Source: Planctomycetota bacterium
GTDB taxonomy: Bacteria > Planctomycetota > UBA1135 > UBA2386
DNA length: 64,000 bases
Assembly (NCBI GenBank): GCA_965228735.1
Contig: OZ245838.1
Span: 480,001-544,000 of the forward strand
Direction: 5' to 3'
Shown piece after piece: positions 30,276 to 40,452 of this stretch. Each line of letters opens with the position of its first letter. The stretch's first letter is position 1. The position numbers and the translations under genes are program-made. The notes under the pieces are model-generated. The model worked only from the letters and a program-made list of their open reading frames with translations, was not told the origin of the DNA and ran no database searches.

Positions 30276-32132
30276 ATGAGTTCACGACTTCCTCGACGTT
30301 CATCCCAGAAGCCTCCGCGCCCGAGCCGACGTCAGTTCCTCGCAGCGTCCGCGTCTGCGGGTGCCTCAGTTGCGCTTGGTAGTTGTCGCCTTGAGCCTGC
30401 CTTCCGGCGCCCGGCGAGCGCTGCATGGAGCCCCGCAGATCTGATCGTAGAGCGTCGAACCGTCTCGATCGACGGTCAGGCTACGGAGGCAGTCACTCTA
30501 AACGGCTCGCTTCCTGGTCCGACGCTCCGGTTCAAAGAGGGGGATGAGGCGGTTCTGCGCGTGCAGAATCGGCTGGACGTCGACACATCGGTGCACTGGC
30601 ACGGGCTGATTCTGCCGCCGAACATGGACGGCGTGCCGGGCGTCAGCTTCCGCGGAATCGCCCCTGGCGAGACCTTCACCTACCGATTCCCGATTCGCCA
30701 GAGTGGGACCTACTGGTACCACAGCCACTCGGGGTTTCAGGAGCAGCTCGGGATGTTTGGTGCGTTCGTCATCGAACCAGCGGAGGCGGACCCCATCGAG
30801 TCCGATGTCGAGCATGTCATTCTCCTGTCCGACTGGACGTTCGAGGATCCGATGCGCATCCTCGCACGGCTGAAGAAGAGCGCGGGCTACTACAACTTCC
30901 AGAAGCCGACGATCGCCGCGGATGGCCTCGGCGCCATCGTGAGGAATCGTCTGTCGTGGGGAGCCATGCGGATGGATCCGACCGACATCGCCGACATCAC
31001 CGGGGCAACGTACACGTACCTGATGAACGGCATGGGGCCGGCGTCGAACTGGACGGGTCTCTTCGAGCCCGGGCAGACCGTTCGACTGCGGCTCGTCAAC
31101 GCTGCGGCAGCTAGCTACTTCGACGTGCGAATTCCGGGCTTGGCCATGACTGTCGTCCAGGCGGATGGGCAGAACGTCGAACCGGTGACGGTCGATGAGT
31201 TGCGGATCTCGATTGCGGAGACCTACGACGTTTTGGTGACCCCTCGAGAAGACCGCGCCTACACGGTGTTCGCCGAGGCCATGGACCGCAGCGGGTTCGC
31301 GCGGGGAACCCTGGCCCCACGTGTGGGAATGTCGGCCGCGGTGCCACCTCGCCGGAAGCGTCCGTTGTTGACGATGCGAGACATGGGCATGTCCATGGCG
31401 AGCATGCCGGCGGCCGAGATGCCGGGCATGGAGATGGCGAATGGCCACGACATGAACGCGATGCCTGGGCACGACAAGGGAAGCGAGAAGGGTGCCACGA
31501 CCGAGATGGGGGGCATGCGAAAGAACGGCGGCGGCGAGCCAGGAATGCAAGCGGGCGAGTCCGGACCCGCTTGGGCGCGCTCCGTTCCTCACGGTCCGGA
31601 TACCCATGGGCCCGGCAACACGATGATCCCCGAGTTCACGAAGGGTCGGCTCGATGAGCCGGGAATCGGCCTGGGCGAGGCTGAGCACCGGGTGTTGGTC
31701 TACACCGACCTGAGGCGCCTCGTTCCAGGGAACGACCAGCGCGAGCCGGACCGTGAGATCGAGATGCATCTCACGGGCAACATGGAGCGCTACATCTGGG
31801 GATTCGATGGCAAGAAGTACTCAGAGGCGCCGGAGTCGATTGCGTTCCGATACGGGGAACGTCTCCGACTCACCTTCGTCAATGACACGATGATGAATCA
31901 TCCCATCCACCTCCACGGCATGTGGATGGAACTGGTCAACGGCGCCGGGGAGCACAAGCCTCGCAAGCACACTGTCAACGTGAAACCCGCGGAGCGGCTG
32001 TCGGTGGACATCTCAGTCGATGCGCCCGGCCGATGGGCGATGCATTGTCACATCCTCTATCACATGGATGCTGGGATGTTCCGAGTGGTGGAGGTGAGTG
32101 AAGCACCCGAGGAGCAGCGACATGGCAAGTAG
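30276..32132 (+). CDS. copA: Tat-exported copper resistance multicopper oxidase (PcoA/CopA)
   Basis: SRRQFL Tat motif; HWHG, YWYHSH, Met-rich insert, HPIHLHG, HCHILYHM. Confidence 0.92.
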   Translation: MSSRLPRRSSQKPPRPSRRQFLAASASAGASVALGSCRLEPAFRRPASAAWSPADLIVERRTVSIDGQATEAVTLNGSLPGPTLRFKEGDEAVLRVQNRLDVDTSVHWHGLILPPNMDGVPGVSFRGIAPGETFTYRFPIRQSGTYWYHSHSGFQEQLGMFGAFVIEPAEADPIESDVEHVILLSDWTFEDPMRILARLKKSAGYYNFQKPTIAADGLGAIVRNRLSWGAMRMDPTDIADITGATYTYLMNGMGPASNWTGLFEPGQTVRLRLVNAAAASYFDVRIPGLAMTVVQADGQNVEPVTVDELRISIAETYDVLVTPREDRAYTVFAEAMDRSGFARGTLAPRVGMSAAVPPRRKRPLLTMRDMGMSMASMPAAEMPGMEMANGHDMNAMPGHDKGSEKGATTEMGGMRKNGGGEPGMQAGESGPAWARSVPHGPDTHGPGNTMIPEFTKGRLDEPGIGLGEAEHRVLVYTDLRRLVPGNDQREPDREIEMHLTGNMERYIWGFDGKKYSEAPESIAFRYGERLRLTFVNDTMMNHPIHLHGMWMELVNGAGEHKPRKHTVNVKPAERLSVDISVDAPGRWAMHCHILYHMDAGMFRVVEVSEAPEEQRHGK

Positions 32133-33000
32133 CTTCCGCTGTCTCGCTGTTAGCTTCGCGGGTCTCCTTGCGGGCTGCTCATCGATGACGCGGGAGTATC
32201 GACATGACTCGCTGCCTCACGAACGCGTGGTTGGCGCTGACGTATCGGCAGCGGCGCAAGGACCGGGGCTGGAGCGAATCGCTTTCGACACGGCAAGACC
32301 GTCGACGCCGCAAGGCGAGCGCAGGGATTGGCCGCCCCCAGTCCATGACGCCATGCGTTTCACCTTTCTTCGGGCAGAGCAGCTCGAATATCGCCTGCGC
32401 GACGATGGAGTCGATGTTGCCCGCTGGGACGCTCAGGGTTGGCACGGAACTGACTACCACAAGCTCTGGCTGAAGGTCGAGGGCGAGCAGTCGCTCGAGG
32501 GGCCATCCGAAGGCGATCTGCAGGTTCAGGCTCTCTACAGTCAGCTTGTCGCGCCGTTCTGGGACTTCCAGGTCGGCGTGCGCTACGACTTGAGCTCGGG
32601 GCCCGGGCCGAACCTGGACCGCTGGCTAGGCGTGATCGGCGTGCAGGGATTCGCCCCCTACGAGTTTGAGACGGAGCTTGCGCTCTTCGTCAGCGAGGAC
32701 GCCGATGTCTCTGCGCGCCTCACGGCGTCCACGGACTTCCTGATCACGCAGAGGCTGATTCTTCAGCCGCGGTTCGAGACAGAGGCGTCGATTCAGGCAG
32801 TGCCCGAGTTTCAGGTCGGGCAAGGCCTGAACGACCTAGAACTGGGCTTGCGTCTGCGCTACGAGTTCCAGCGCGAGTTCGCGCCGTACATCGGAGTCAA
32901 CTGGATCCGCAGTCTTGGCGAGACAGAGGACCTGGTCCGCCGGGCTGGTGACAAAGGCCGAGACCTGGCGTTCGTGATCGGTGCTTCGCTGTGGTTCTGA
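32122..33000 (+). CDS. copB: Copper resistance protein B (outer membrane)
   Basis: WDAQGWHG, KLWLKVEGE, PFWDFQVGVRYD, TQRLILQPR, GLRLRYE..REFAPYIGV, terminal WF. Confidence 0.92.
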   Translation: MASSFRCLAVSFAGLLAGCSSMTREYRHDSLPHERVVGADVSAAAQGPGLERIAFDTARPSTPQGERRDWPPPVHDAMRFTFLRAEQLEYRLRDDGVDVARWDAQGWHGTDYHKLWLKVEGEQSLEGPSEGDLQVQALYSQLVAPFWDFQVGVRYDLSSGPGPNLDRWLGVIGVQGFAPYEFETELALFVSEDADVSARLTASTDFLITQRLILQPRFETEASIQAVPEFQVGQGLNDLELGLRLRYEFQREFAPYIGVNWIRSLGETEDLVRRAGDKGRDLAFVIGASLWF

Positions 33001-33149
33001 CTGGCTTCGCTGCTTTTCGCGTTGGGCGTTGGTGCCGACGCGATGCGGCGCCTCGACGCTCCCTTGCATCATGGAGCTGCTGATTTGCCCCGTGCTGTTC
33101 TTCCAGGCCCAAGCGCCTGGCGATGCGCGGGACCTGGCGTGCCGCGGCG
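33001..33149 (+). repeat. Degenerate direct copy of the cusA 3' end (29914-30084)
   Basis: Shares GGTGCCGAC.CGATGCGGCGCCT and CAAGCGCCTGGCGATGCGCGGGACCTGGCGTGCCGCGGCG, with indels. Confidence 0.85.
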
Positions 33150-33153
33150 CTCG

Positions 33154-33171
33154 CCGGCACGGGTGTTGCTA
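33154..33171 (+). promoter_or_regulatory. Putative sigma-54 promoter
   Basis: CCGGCACGGGTGTTGCTA fits the GG-N10-GC -24/-12 consensus. Confidence 0.6.
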
Positions 33172-33301
33172 GATAGCCCAACGATGCCGTCAGAGTCGAG
33201 GTGATGTCGATGACCGGCGGCGATTCAGTTCTTGGCATCCGTGTCGTGGGCGGCGCAGTGTTGCTCGCTACGGAGGCTTCAACCAGTTGAGAGTGCTGCA
33301 G

Positions 33302-34060
33302 ATGCAATCGACCAGACGTTTCTTTCTTGCCAGTTCCTTGGTGGCTTCGCTGCTTTGCGGCGCAGCTACAGCCCAACACGAAGGCCACAAAGACCATGGC
33401 AAGGGTCACCAGAAACACACCACGGCCCAGACTCGCGTTGGTGACGCCTACCCATTCGATTCCTGCCCGGTATCGGGAAAGAAGCTCGGGACCATGGGGG
33501 ATCCGTTCATCAAGGTCTACGACGGGAGAGAGGTGCGGTACTGCTGCAAGGGGTGCACTGGGAAGTTCGAGAAGGACCTCGCCAAGAGCTTCGCTGAGAT
33601 CGACGCCAAGATCATCGCGGACCAGATTCCGCTCTACCCGCTGAAGACCTCCGTCGTCACTGGTAAGAAACTGCCTGGCAAGTCGACAGATCTTGTCTAC
33701 GGCAATCGGCTGATTCGCCTGGCTTCGCCGAAGGAAAAGGCCGCGTTTGCGAAATCGTCCGCGAAGTTCCTCGAGGCGTTGGACAAGGCCGTCGTGGCGG
33801 CGCAAGGGAAGGACTACGTGCTGTCCGACTGCCCCGTCAGCGGCGAGGAGCTCGGCAGCATGGGCAAGCCGGGAGACCTCGTGGTTGCGGGGCGCCTGAT
33901 CCGGGTGTGCTGCGGTGACTGCTTCGATGCGGTCGAGAAGGCGCCGGCCAAGTACACGGCCATGATCGACCGCGCCATGGCCAAGAAGGGCCACGACCAC
34001 AAGCCGGGTCAGGAGCACAAGAAGGGGCACGACAAGAAGTGTTGCGGAACCCAGTCTTGA
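33302..34060 (+). CDS. Exported protein with three YHS/TRASH-like modules and His-rich tails
   Basis: TRRFFL signal; CPVSGKKLG.MG...CCKGC; a degenerate middle repeat; CPVSGEELGSMG...CCGDC. Confidence 0.8.
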   Translation: MQSTRRFFLASSLVASLLCGAATAQHEGHKDHGKGHQKHTTAQTRVGDAYPFDSCPVSGKKLGTMGDPFIKVYDGREVRYCCKGCTGKFEKDLAKSFAEIDAKIIADQIPLYPLKTSVVTGKKLPGKSTDLVYGNRLIRLASPKEKAAFAKSSAKFLEALDKAVVAAQGKDYVLSDCPVSGEELGSMGKPGDLVVAGRLIRVCCGDCFDAVEKAPAKYTAMIDRAMAKKGHDHKPGQEHKKGHDKKCCGTQS

Positions 34061-34076
34061 TTAGAGGAGGTGCAAG

Positions 34077-35039
34077 GTGAACCGCTGGCTCTCACGTTGG
34101 GTGCTCGTGACGATGACGACGCTGGCGCCGCTAGCGGCGCAGGCGCTCGAGCTGCGATCTGGCGAGGTCGTAATCGGCCGCGTCATCGACGTCGACGACA
34201 CGTCAGTCAGGATCAAGGTCAACTACCCGGTTGCGGGTGATCGCACGGTCCCACGCGCAGCCCTGTTACCGCGTTCCGTCTACGACGCGCTGGTCAGCCA
34301 AGCTGACCGGAGCGATGCCGGGGCGCACCTGCGGTTGGCTGAAGAATGCCGGAAGCTGGGCCTTCACGCCCTGGCGATCGCCGAAGCCCGAGAGGCCATG
34401 CAGCTCGATCCGGCGCTTTTGGACAAGGCGACACCTCTGATCGACAGTCTGTTCGAGAAAATCGCCGCGGAGATCGTCGTACGCGCGCGAGATGACTTCG
34501 CCCATGACCACCTCGGCTCCGCGCGATTGGCAGCCAGGATCGTGCTGCGCGATCATGGCGACACGGCGGCCGCCCGTGAAGCGCAGGAGCTGCTCGCGAA
34601 GATCGCGGCCCGGAGTCCGCAGAAGCCCCGACGCGCGTCTGCGAGAGCGATCGAGGCCGCGATCGACAAGGCGCAACGAACACTGGAGCGCACGGCCAAG
34701 GACCTCGACGCGCCGTCTCACGCCGACATGCGAGATCAGCGGGCGCTGCAGCGGGGAGTTGCTCGGCTCGAGAAGGTCTGGCAGTCGTTCGCGAGGCTCA
34801 TGGCGCCGGACGCCGATGTAGCCCTCACCGACAGGCTAGCGACCGCGCAGGCTGCCATGCGGGCGCGGTTGACCGAAGCATACCTCGCTCTCGGAACCCT
34901 TCACCTGGAGCGGCTGGCCCTCACCGATGCCGACGAGTGGTGCAACAAGGCCTGCAAGTTGGATCCGGAGAACGCGCATCTGCATCGGCTTCACGCGTTG
35001 ATTCTCCAGGCCAAGATCGTCAGCGGTTGGTGGTACTGA
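34077..35039 (+). CDS. Secreted helical/TPR-like hypothetical protein (paralog of 40453-41433)
   Basis: LRSGEVVIGRV...AHL.LA..C..LGL...DADEWCNKAC.LDPEN...LILQAKIV.GW. Confidence 0.75.
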   Translation: MNRWLSRWVLVTMTTLAPLAAQALELRSGEVVIGRVIDVDDTSVRIKVNYPVAGDRTVPRAALLPRSVYDALVSQADRSDAGAHLRLAEECRKLGLHALAIAEAREAMQLDPALLDKATPLIDSLFEKIAAEIVVRARDDFAHDHLGSARLAARIVLRDHGDTAAAREAQELLAKIAARSPQKPRRASARAIEAAIDKAQRTLERTAKDLDAPSHADMRDQRALQRGVARLEKVWQSFARLMAPDADVALTDRLATAQAAMRARLTEAYLALGTLHLERLALTDADEWCNKACKLDPENAHLHRLHALILQAKIVSGWWY

Positions 35040-35069
35040 TTGCAATCCCCCTGCTCACGGACAGAACCA

Positions 35070-36091
35070 TGCGCAAGTACTCCCTGGTGTCGTTGCTGCC
35101 GTTCGCGGTGGGGCTGCCGGGCCAGGACCTGGCGGATGTCTTCGCGAAGGTGTCGCCGGCCGTCGTGACCGTCGAGGTCGTCGTGTCGACGTTCGATGGG
35201 CCTTCCCGCGACAAGCCCAAGGCGCGCGTGGGTTCGGGAGTGCTGATCGACGAGGGCACGATTCTGACCGCATGGCACCTCGTGGACCTGGCCCACGTTG
35301 TGGCCGTGGAGTTTGCGGAAGGGAGCAGGCTGCTGGCGACGGTCGATGCGACGGCGCCAGCAGCCGACCTGGCGCTGCTCTGCATCGAGGGTGAACTGCC
35401 GGATGGCGTCAAGCCGGGTGAACTCGGCAACTCGGACGGTGTGCGTGTCGGCAACCAGGTGTTCGCGGTTGGCGCACCGCTGGGGATGCCGCGTACGTTG
35501 ACGGCGGGGCACGTCAGTGCGCGGCGGCGACACGAGCGGTTTCTCGGGAGCATGCGGCATGTCGAACATCTTCAGACCGATGCGGCGATCAACCCTGGGA
35601 ACTCCGGCGGACCGTTGTTCGATTCCCACGGGCGGGTGATCGGAATCATCTGCCACATCGCCAATCACGCGAAGGGCGCGGAGGGGATCGGCTTCGCGGT
35701 GACGTCGAATGCCGCTCGGGACCTGCTGATCGCGCATCGCGCGTCCTGGCTCGGCTTCGACGGGGTGCAGTTGCCGAACGCACTGGCACGGGCTCTCAAC
35801 GTGCCGGGTGGAAGAGTCGGCGTACTCGTCACGCGCGTTGCCCAATCAACGCCCGCGAGCGCCGCGGGCCTTCGCGCGGGTCAGATCCCGGTGGCCGTGG
35901 AAGGAGAGAGGATTCTGCTCGGCGGCGACATCGTGCTCGAGATCCTCGGCCACTCACTGGAGACGGACGGGCAGTCGAAGGCTGCGCGGGCTGCGGCAGC
36001 CGCTCTGAAGCCGGGGGACAAGGTCGAGTTCACCGTCCTGCGTGCGGGGAAGGTCGAGCGGCTGAGCGCGCGGCTGCGGCGATCGCCATGA
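35070..36091 (+). CDS. HtrA/DegP-like trypsin protease with PDZ domain
   Basis: GSGV, LTAWH, DLALL, QTDAAINPGNSGGPL; C-terminal PDZ-like segment. Confidence 0.9.
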
Positions 36092-36813
36092 CGAGAGCGG
36101 CGGCACCGCAAGGCCGATACGGCTGGCTCGCCGGATCGCTGATCCTGCTGGCGGCTGCTTACCCCACGCTCGCGAACGGGCCGTTCGGACAGCTTGTTTG
36201 GACGGTCGTCTTCTGGTTCGTGTTGCTCGCGTGCGTGTGGGCGATCGGGCCGCGGTCGCCGGCGAGGCTCGCCGTTCGCGTGCTGGGTGTCGCTGCGCTC
36301 GTAGGCAGCGTGGCCAGTCTCTGGTGCTTTGGCGCCACCGATAGCGGGCATGGGTTCGCCTACGCGATTCTTCACGGTCTGTCGCTGGTGCTCCTCGGAC
36401 TCACTACGGCGGCAACGCTCCGGGATGTGTTCGGACACCAGCGCGTGACGGGGCGCACACTCGCGGGGGCGGCTTGTGGCTACGTGCTGATCGGGTTGAC
36501 ATTCGCTTTCGCGATGCTCGTTCTCCACAGCGCCAGCGTCGAGACTTTGGCTGTAGGCCAGGGCGAGGCCGAGGCAGCGACGGGCGTGCGTGTGATAGCC
36601 AGCTACCTCTACTTCAGCTTCGTCACGCTCAGCACGCTCGGCTACGGCGATGTTGTCCCGCAATCTTCGACGGGAGAGGTGATCGCGCCGGCAGAGGCGA
36701 TCGTCGGTCAGCTCTATCTCGCCGTGTTCATCGGGCGACTGATCGCCATGCATGTCTCGCATCGCGGTCGGTGCCCGCGTTGTGGTGTCGTGGGAGATGG
36801 TCCAGACCCGTGA
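36088..36813 (+). CDS. Potassium channel family membrane protein
   Basis: YFSFVTLSTLGYGDVVP selectivity filter; multiple TM helices. Confidence 0.85.
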   Translation: MTRAAAPQGRYGWLAGSLILLAAAYPTLANGPFGQLVWTVVFWFVLLACVWAIGPRSPARLAVRVLGVAALVGSVASLWCFGATDSGHGFAYAILHGLSLVLLGLTTAATLRDVFGHQRVTGRTLAGAACGYVLIGLTFAFAMLVLHSASVETLAVGQGEAEAATGVRVIASYLYFSFVTLSTLGYGDVVPQSSTGEVIAPAEAIVGQLYLAVFIGRLIAMHVSHRGRCPRCGVVGDGPDP

Positions 36814-38181
36814 TCACCGCAGCTCGTAGTCGACGATCTTCTTTCGCAGAGTGGTCGGTGAGATCTCCAGGAGCTGGGCTGTCCTGGTGATGTTCCAGCC
36901 GGTGTGGTCCAGGGCATGCTTGACGTGGTCCCTTTCGACTTCCCAGAGCTTCTTGACCGGGCTCTCATCGGCGCTCGGTGAGGGTGGCCGCCGGGTGACC
37001 TGCAGATCCACCTCCTCGATCACGTCGCCGCGAGCCAGCGCGACGGCTCGCGTCAGCACGTTCTCCAGCTCGCGCACGTTGCCGGGCCACGAATGGTGTT
37101 CCAGGGTCTGGAGTGCCGATTCGGTGATGGTAGCGACCTTGCTTTCGAGTCGACGGCAGATTCGGTGCAACAGGTGGATCGCCAACAGCCGAATGTCGCC
37201 GCGGCGATCGCGGAGCGCCGGGATCTCGAGGCGCGCAACCGACAGTCGGTAGAGCAGATCCTCCCGGAACTCCTTGTTGGTGACCATCTCGTCGAGGTTG
37301 CGATGTGATGCAGCGAGGACTCGTGCCTCGAACTTGACGCTCTGGTTGCCACCGACACGCTCGAAGCTGCGGTCCTGCAATGCGCGCAGCAGCTTGGCCT
37401 GCAGCTCCAGCGGCATGTCGCCGATTTCGTCGAGGAAGACGGTCCCGCCGCCGGCCTGTTCGAGTCGCCCGATCTTGCGGGCATCTGCACCGGTGAACGC
37501 GCCCTTCTCGTGCCCGAACAGCTCGCTCTCCAGCAGGGTCGGCACGATTGCCGCCGAATTGATGGCGACGAACGGCTGTGATGGCGATGACGCGTTGTGG
37601 ATCGCGCGGGCTACGAGGTCCTTGCCGGTGCCGCTCTCGCCCTGGATCAGGACCGTGATCTTGCTGCGGGAGAGCAGGCCGACCTGCTGGAGCAGGTCGA
37701 GCACCCGCCGATCCTTGCCGACGATCTCGTGCGGCTGATCGGACCCGGCCTCGATCCGAACGAGATCCTGGCGCTGGTGTCGAGGCCTTCGTTGGCGAAG
37801 GTGCTGCTTGCACTTCTCGACCGCGACGAGCACGTCTTCGATCGCGAGCGGCTTGCGGACGTAGTCGAGCGCACCGATCTGGATCGCCTCGATCATGGAC
37901 TTCATGTCCTGGACACCTGTGATCATCACGGTGGCGGGCGGCGCATCGAGGCCCTGGAGTGCGCGCAAGATCCGCAGGCCGCTCTGATCCGGCAGGCGTA
38001 GGTCGAGAAACAGCATGTCGAACACGCCGCCATCGCCGACGAGTTGAAGCGCTTCGTCGCCGCGGGTGCAGGTCTTGACCTCGTGGCCGTGCTCTTCGAG
38101 CTGGATCTGCAGTGAGCGCCCCAGCGCCGCGTCATCGTCGACTGCGAGGATTCGGAGTGCGTTACGGTTGCTGTGGCTCAT
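36814..38181 (-). CDS. Sigma-54-dependent response regulator (NtrC/AtoC family)
   Basis: Receiver domain, GESGTGKD, ESELFGHEKGAFTGA, WPGNVREL, Fis-type HTH. Confidence 0.95.
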   Translation of the reverse strand: MSHSNRNALRILAVDDDAALGRSLQIQLEEHGHEVKTCTRGDEALQLVGDGGVFDMLFLDLRLPDQSGLRILRALQGLDAPPATVMITGVQDMKSMIEAIQIGALDYVRKPLAIEDVLVAVEKCKQHLRQRRPRHQRQDLVRIEAGSDQPHEIVGKDRRVLDLLQQVGLLSRSKITVLIQGESGTGKDLVARAIHNASSPSQPFVAINSAAIVPTLLESELFGHEKGAFTGADARKIGRLEQAGGGTVFLDEIGDMPLELQAKLLRALQDRSFERVGGNQSVKFEARVLAASHRNLDEMVTNKEFREDLLYRLSVARLEIPALRDRRGDIRLLAIHLLHRICRRLESKVATITESALQTLEHHSWPGNVRELENVLTRAVALARGDVIEEVDLQVTRRPPSPSADESPVKKLWEVERDHVKHALDHTGWNITRTAQLLEISPTTLRKKIVDYELR

Positions 38182-40024
38182 AGGGCAGATCGATTCGGAA
38201 CACCGCGCCGGTCTCTTGGCGTGTCGAGTCCGCACGGTTCGAGGCGCTCACCCTACCACCGTGGTATTCGACGATCTTGCGGACGATCGCGAGTCCTAGT
38301 CCGGTCCCGTCTTCCCGCGTGGTGAAGAACGGTTGGAACAGCCGCTCGAGGTTGTCGTCGGAGACGCCTGGGCCGTTGTCTGTGACCTCGAGCCGGACAA
38401 GGCGCCGGGCGTGGTCGAGGTGTGTGACGACGACGACTTCTCCACCATCTCCAGTCGCCTGCATGGCGTTCTGGAAGAGATTGACCAAGGCCTGCTGGAA
38501 ACGCTCGGGATCGATGCGCGCGCGGATGGCGGTATCGATCTCCTGGAGCTGAAAGCGACAGCGCTTGTCGGCAGCCTGCTCCGCTACCGCTTCCAGCGCG
38601 TCGATCACGGTTTCGCGCAGTGGGGCAACCCGGAAGTTCATCGCGAGTGGTCGGCTGAGCGACAGTAGATCGCTGAACATCCGCTCGAGGCGGTGCACCT
38701 GGGCCTGCGCGATGTCAGCGAGTTCTTCATGGCGGGGGTCGCCGTCGAGCTTGGTACGTATGGCCTGCAGGTTGAGCTTGATCGAGGACAGCGGGTTGCG
38801 CATCTCGTGGACGACCGCCGAACTCATCTCTCCCATGGCGGCCAACGTTTCACTCTGGACGACGCGTTGCCGTGCGCCGGCCAGCTTGTCGAGCATGTCG
38901 TTCAGCGCCGTGCCGACGGCATTCACTTCGGATTGGGAGGCGGGTTCGGCTCTCGCGTTGTGGTCGCCTCTCGCGACGAGATTGGCGACTTCGGCGAGCT
39001 GTTGCAGCGGGGTTGTCATGGTCCGCACACTCCGAAGCGCCAGGAAGATGACGATGATGGCCACGATCAGGGCCGTGAAGGCGGCCCGCCATCCCAGTTC
39101 CGGCAGCCACGCGAGGGCCACCTCGGCGTCTTGCTCCATCAGCAGGATCCAGTCCATTCCCGGGATCGAGGCGAACCCGCCGACTACCTCGCGATCGCTG
39201 GCATCGCGGTACACGGCGGCGCCGGTTTCGCCGTCGGCGGCGCGACGGAATCCCTCGGTATCAACGCGCTCGCTGAGGGCGGCTCCAGATCGGGCAGGGT
39301 TGGCCTCCGTCAACATCAAGCCGTCCGTCGAGACGAGGTAGCACCGGTAGGCCGGGGTCGGGGTTCCACCTCTGAGGACCGCGGTGAGGGCCTTCTGATC
39401 GAGAGCGGTGAGAACGTAGCCCGCGGACGCTCGTTCGGCGTCGAGAACCACCGCGCCGAAATGGATGCCGAGCTCGCCGTCTTCGTGGCGGTGGATGCGT
39501 CCCACGGCGGGGCCCGTCGCAGCCTGCACGGCTTGCTTGATATCCGAGCGCTCGAAGTCGTCGAGGCCGTGCTCCTCCGTGCCCGCGGCTGCGAGCTCGC
39601 GCCATCGTGGGTCGTACAGCCCGATCGCCTCGTAGGTCCCGTACTTCGTCGCGAACAACCTCAGGAACTCCGATGTTGTCGCGGCGGTCGGGCTGTTCTC
39701 GTGCTCGGCTCGGCTCTCCTGGCGCACGGTCGGGCAGCTTGCCAGGAACGCGGCATCGGCCAGGCGCTCGGAAAGCCATAGCTCGAGTCGCTGCCGGGAG
39801 GCGTCGGTGAGTTCCGCCAGCCGTTCGGTGGCGCTGTCGAGCACGGCCTCGCGGGCGCAGTGATACCCCTGGCTTGCCAGGAGAATCATGGGTACGAGCG
39901 CGATCAGCAGCGACCACAGCAGTACGTGGCGTTTGAGTGAATCTCGAGGCGTTTGCTCGGTCGGGGCCGGAGGTGACCCGATCGAGTCCGGTGACACGCG
40001 ACTAGTTTCTGGTGAGCCGGCCAT
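38162..40024 (-). CDS. Sensor histidine kinase (Cache-like + HAMP + HisKA + HATPase)
   Basis: Two TM helices, HEMRNPLSSI, NAMQA, DNGPG, FFTT, GTGLGL. Confidence 0.93.
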   Translation of the reverse strand: MAGSPETSRVSPDSIGSPPAPTEQTPRDSLKRHVLLWSLLIALVPMILLASQGYHCAREAVLDSATERLAELTDASRQRLELWLSERLADAAFLASCPTVRQESRAEHENSPTAATTSEFLRLFATKYGTYEAIGLYDPRWRELAAAGTEEHGLDDFERSDIKQAVQAATGPAVGRIHRHEDGELGIHFGAVVLDAERASAGYVLTALDQKALTAVLRGGTPTPAYRCYLVSTDGLMLTEANPARSGAALSERVDTEGFRRAADGETGAAVYRDASDREVVGGFASIPGMDWILLMEQDAEVALAWLPELGWRAAFTALIVAIIVIFLALRSVRTMTTPLQQLAEVANLVARGDHNARAEPASQSEVNAVGTALNDMLDKLAGARQRVVQSETLAAMGEMSSAVVHEMRNPLSSIKLNLQAIRTKLDGDPRHEELADIAQAQVHRLERMFSDLLSLSRPLAMNFRVAPLRETVIDALEAVAEQAADKRCRFQLQEIDTAIRARIDPERFQQALVNLFQNAMQATGDGGEVVVVTHLDHARRLVRLEVTDNGPGVSDDNLERLFQPFFTTREDGTGLGLAIVRKIVEYHGGRVSASNRADSTRQETGAVFRIDLPYEPQQP

Positions 40025-40293
40025 CAGGATCTGGTGTTGTACGCCGACGGAAACTCCCTTCCGGAGTGGGGGAGAGCATGTCGACTGTCTGGCAGCCTAC
40101 CGCGCGAGTCACCTACTGCCGGCCGCCGGGATGCGTCGAGTGCCGGTCCATTGCCGGGCGATGTGCGCAAGTTCGCCCATCTCCTGTTCGCAGGTCGGGC
40201 TGAGAACGGCAGGAAGGCGGTTGGCACGGGTTGCATTGGGTCTCTGGACAGGGCGGAGCAACTCGAGTGCCGGGTTTCACGGCAGGCTGGCCA

Positions 40294-40310
40294 TCGGCAC
40301 GGATGTTGCC
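40294..40310 (+). promoter_or_regulatory. Putative sigma-54 promoter
   Basis: TCGGCACGGATGTTGCC fits GG-N10-GC; divergent from the kinase/regulator pair. Confidence 0.6.
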
Positions 40311-40348
40311 CCTGTTGGTTGTTCCGAAGCTGATCCACCGTCATCGAC

Positions 40349-40438
40349 ATGAACCGTCCAACCCGAAGAAGTCTCGCTCAGTTCGCCTTGTTCGTGGGCC
40401 TTGCCATTGCACTGGCTGCCTGCTCCGGGTGCCACTGA
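40349..40438 (+). CDS. Putative 29-aa small lipopeptide
   Basis: MNRPTRRSLAQFALFVGLAIALAACSGCH-stop: basic n-region, hydrophobic core, lipobox LAAC. Confidence 0.45.
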   Translation: MNRPTRRSLAQFALFVGLAIALAACSGCH

Positions 40439-40452
40439 TGAAGGAGCCCAAG

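Noticed and set aside
40221..40236. TTGGCACGGGTTGCA as a sigma-54 promoter
   Set aside because: GG-to-GC spacing is 8, not 10.
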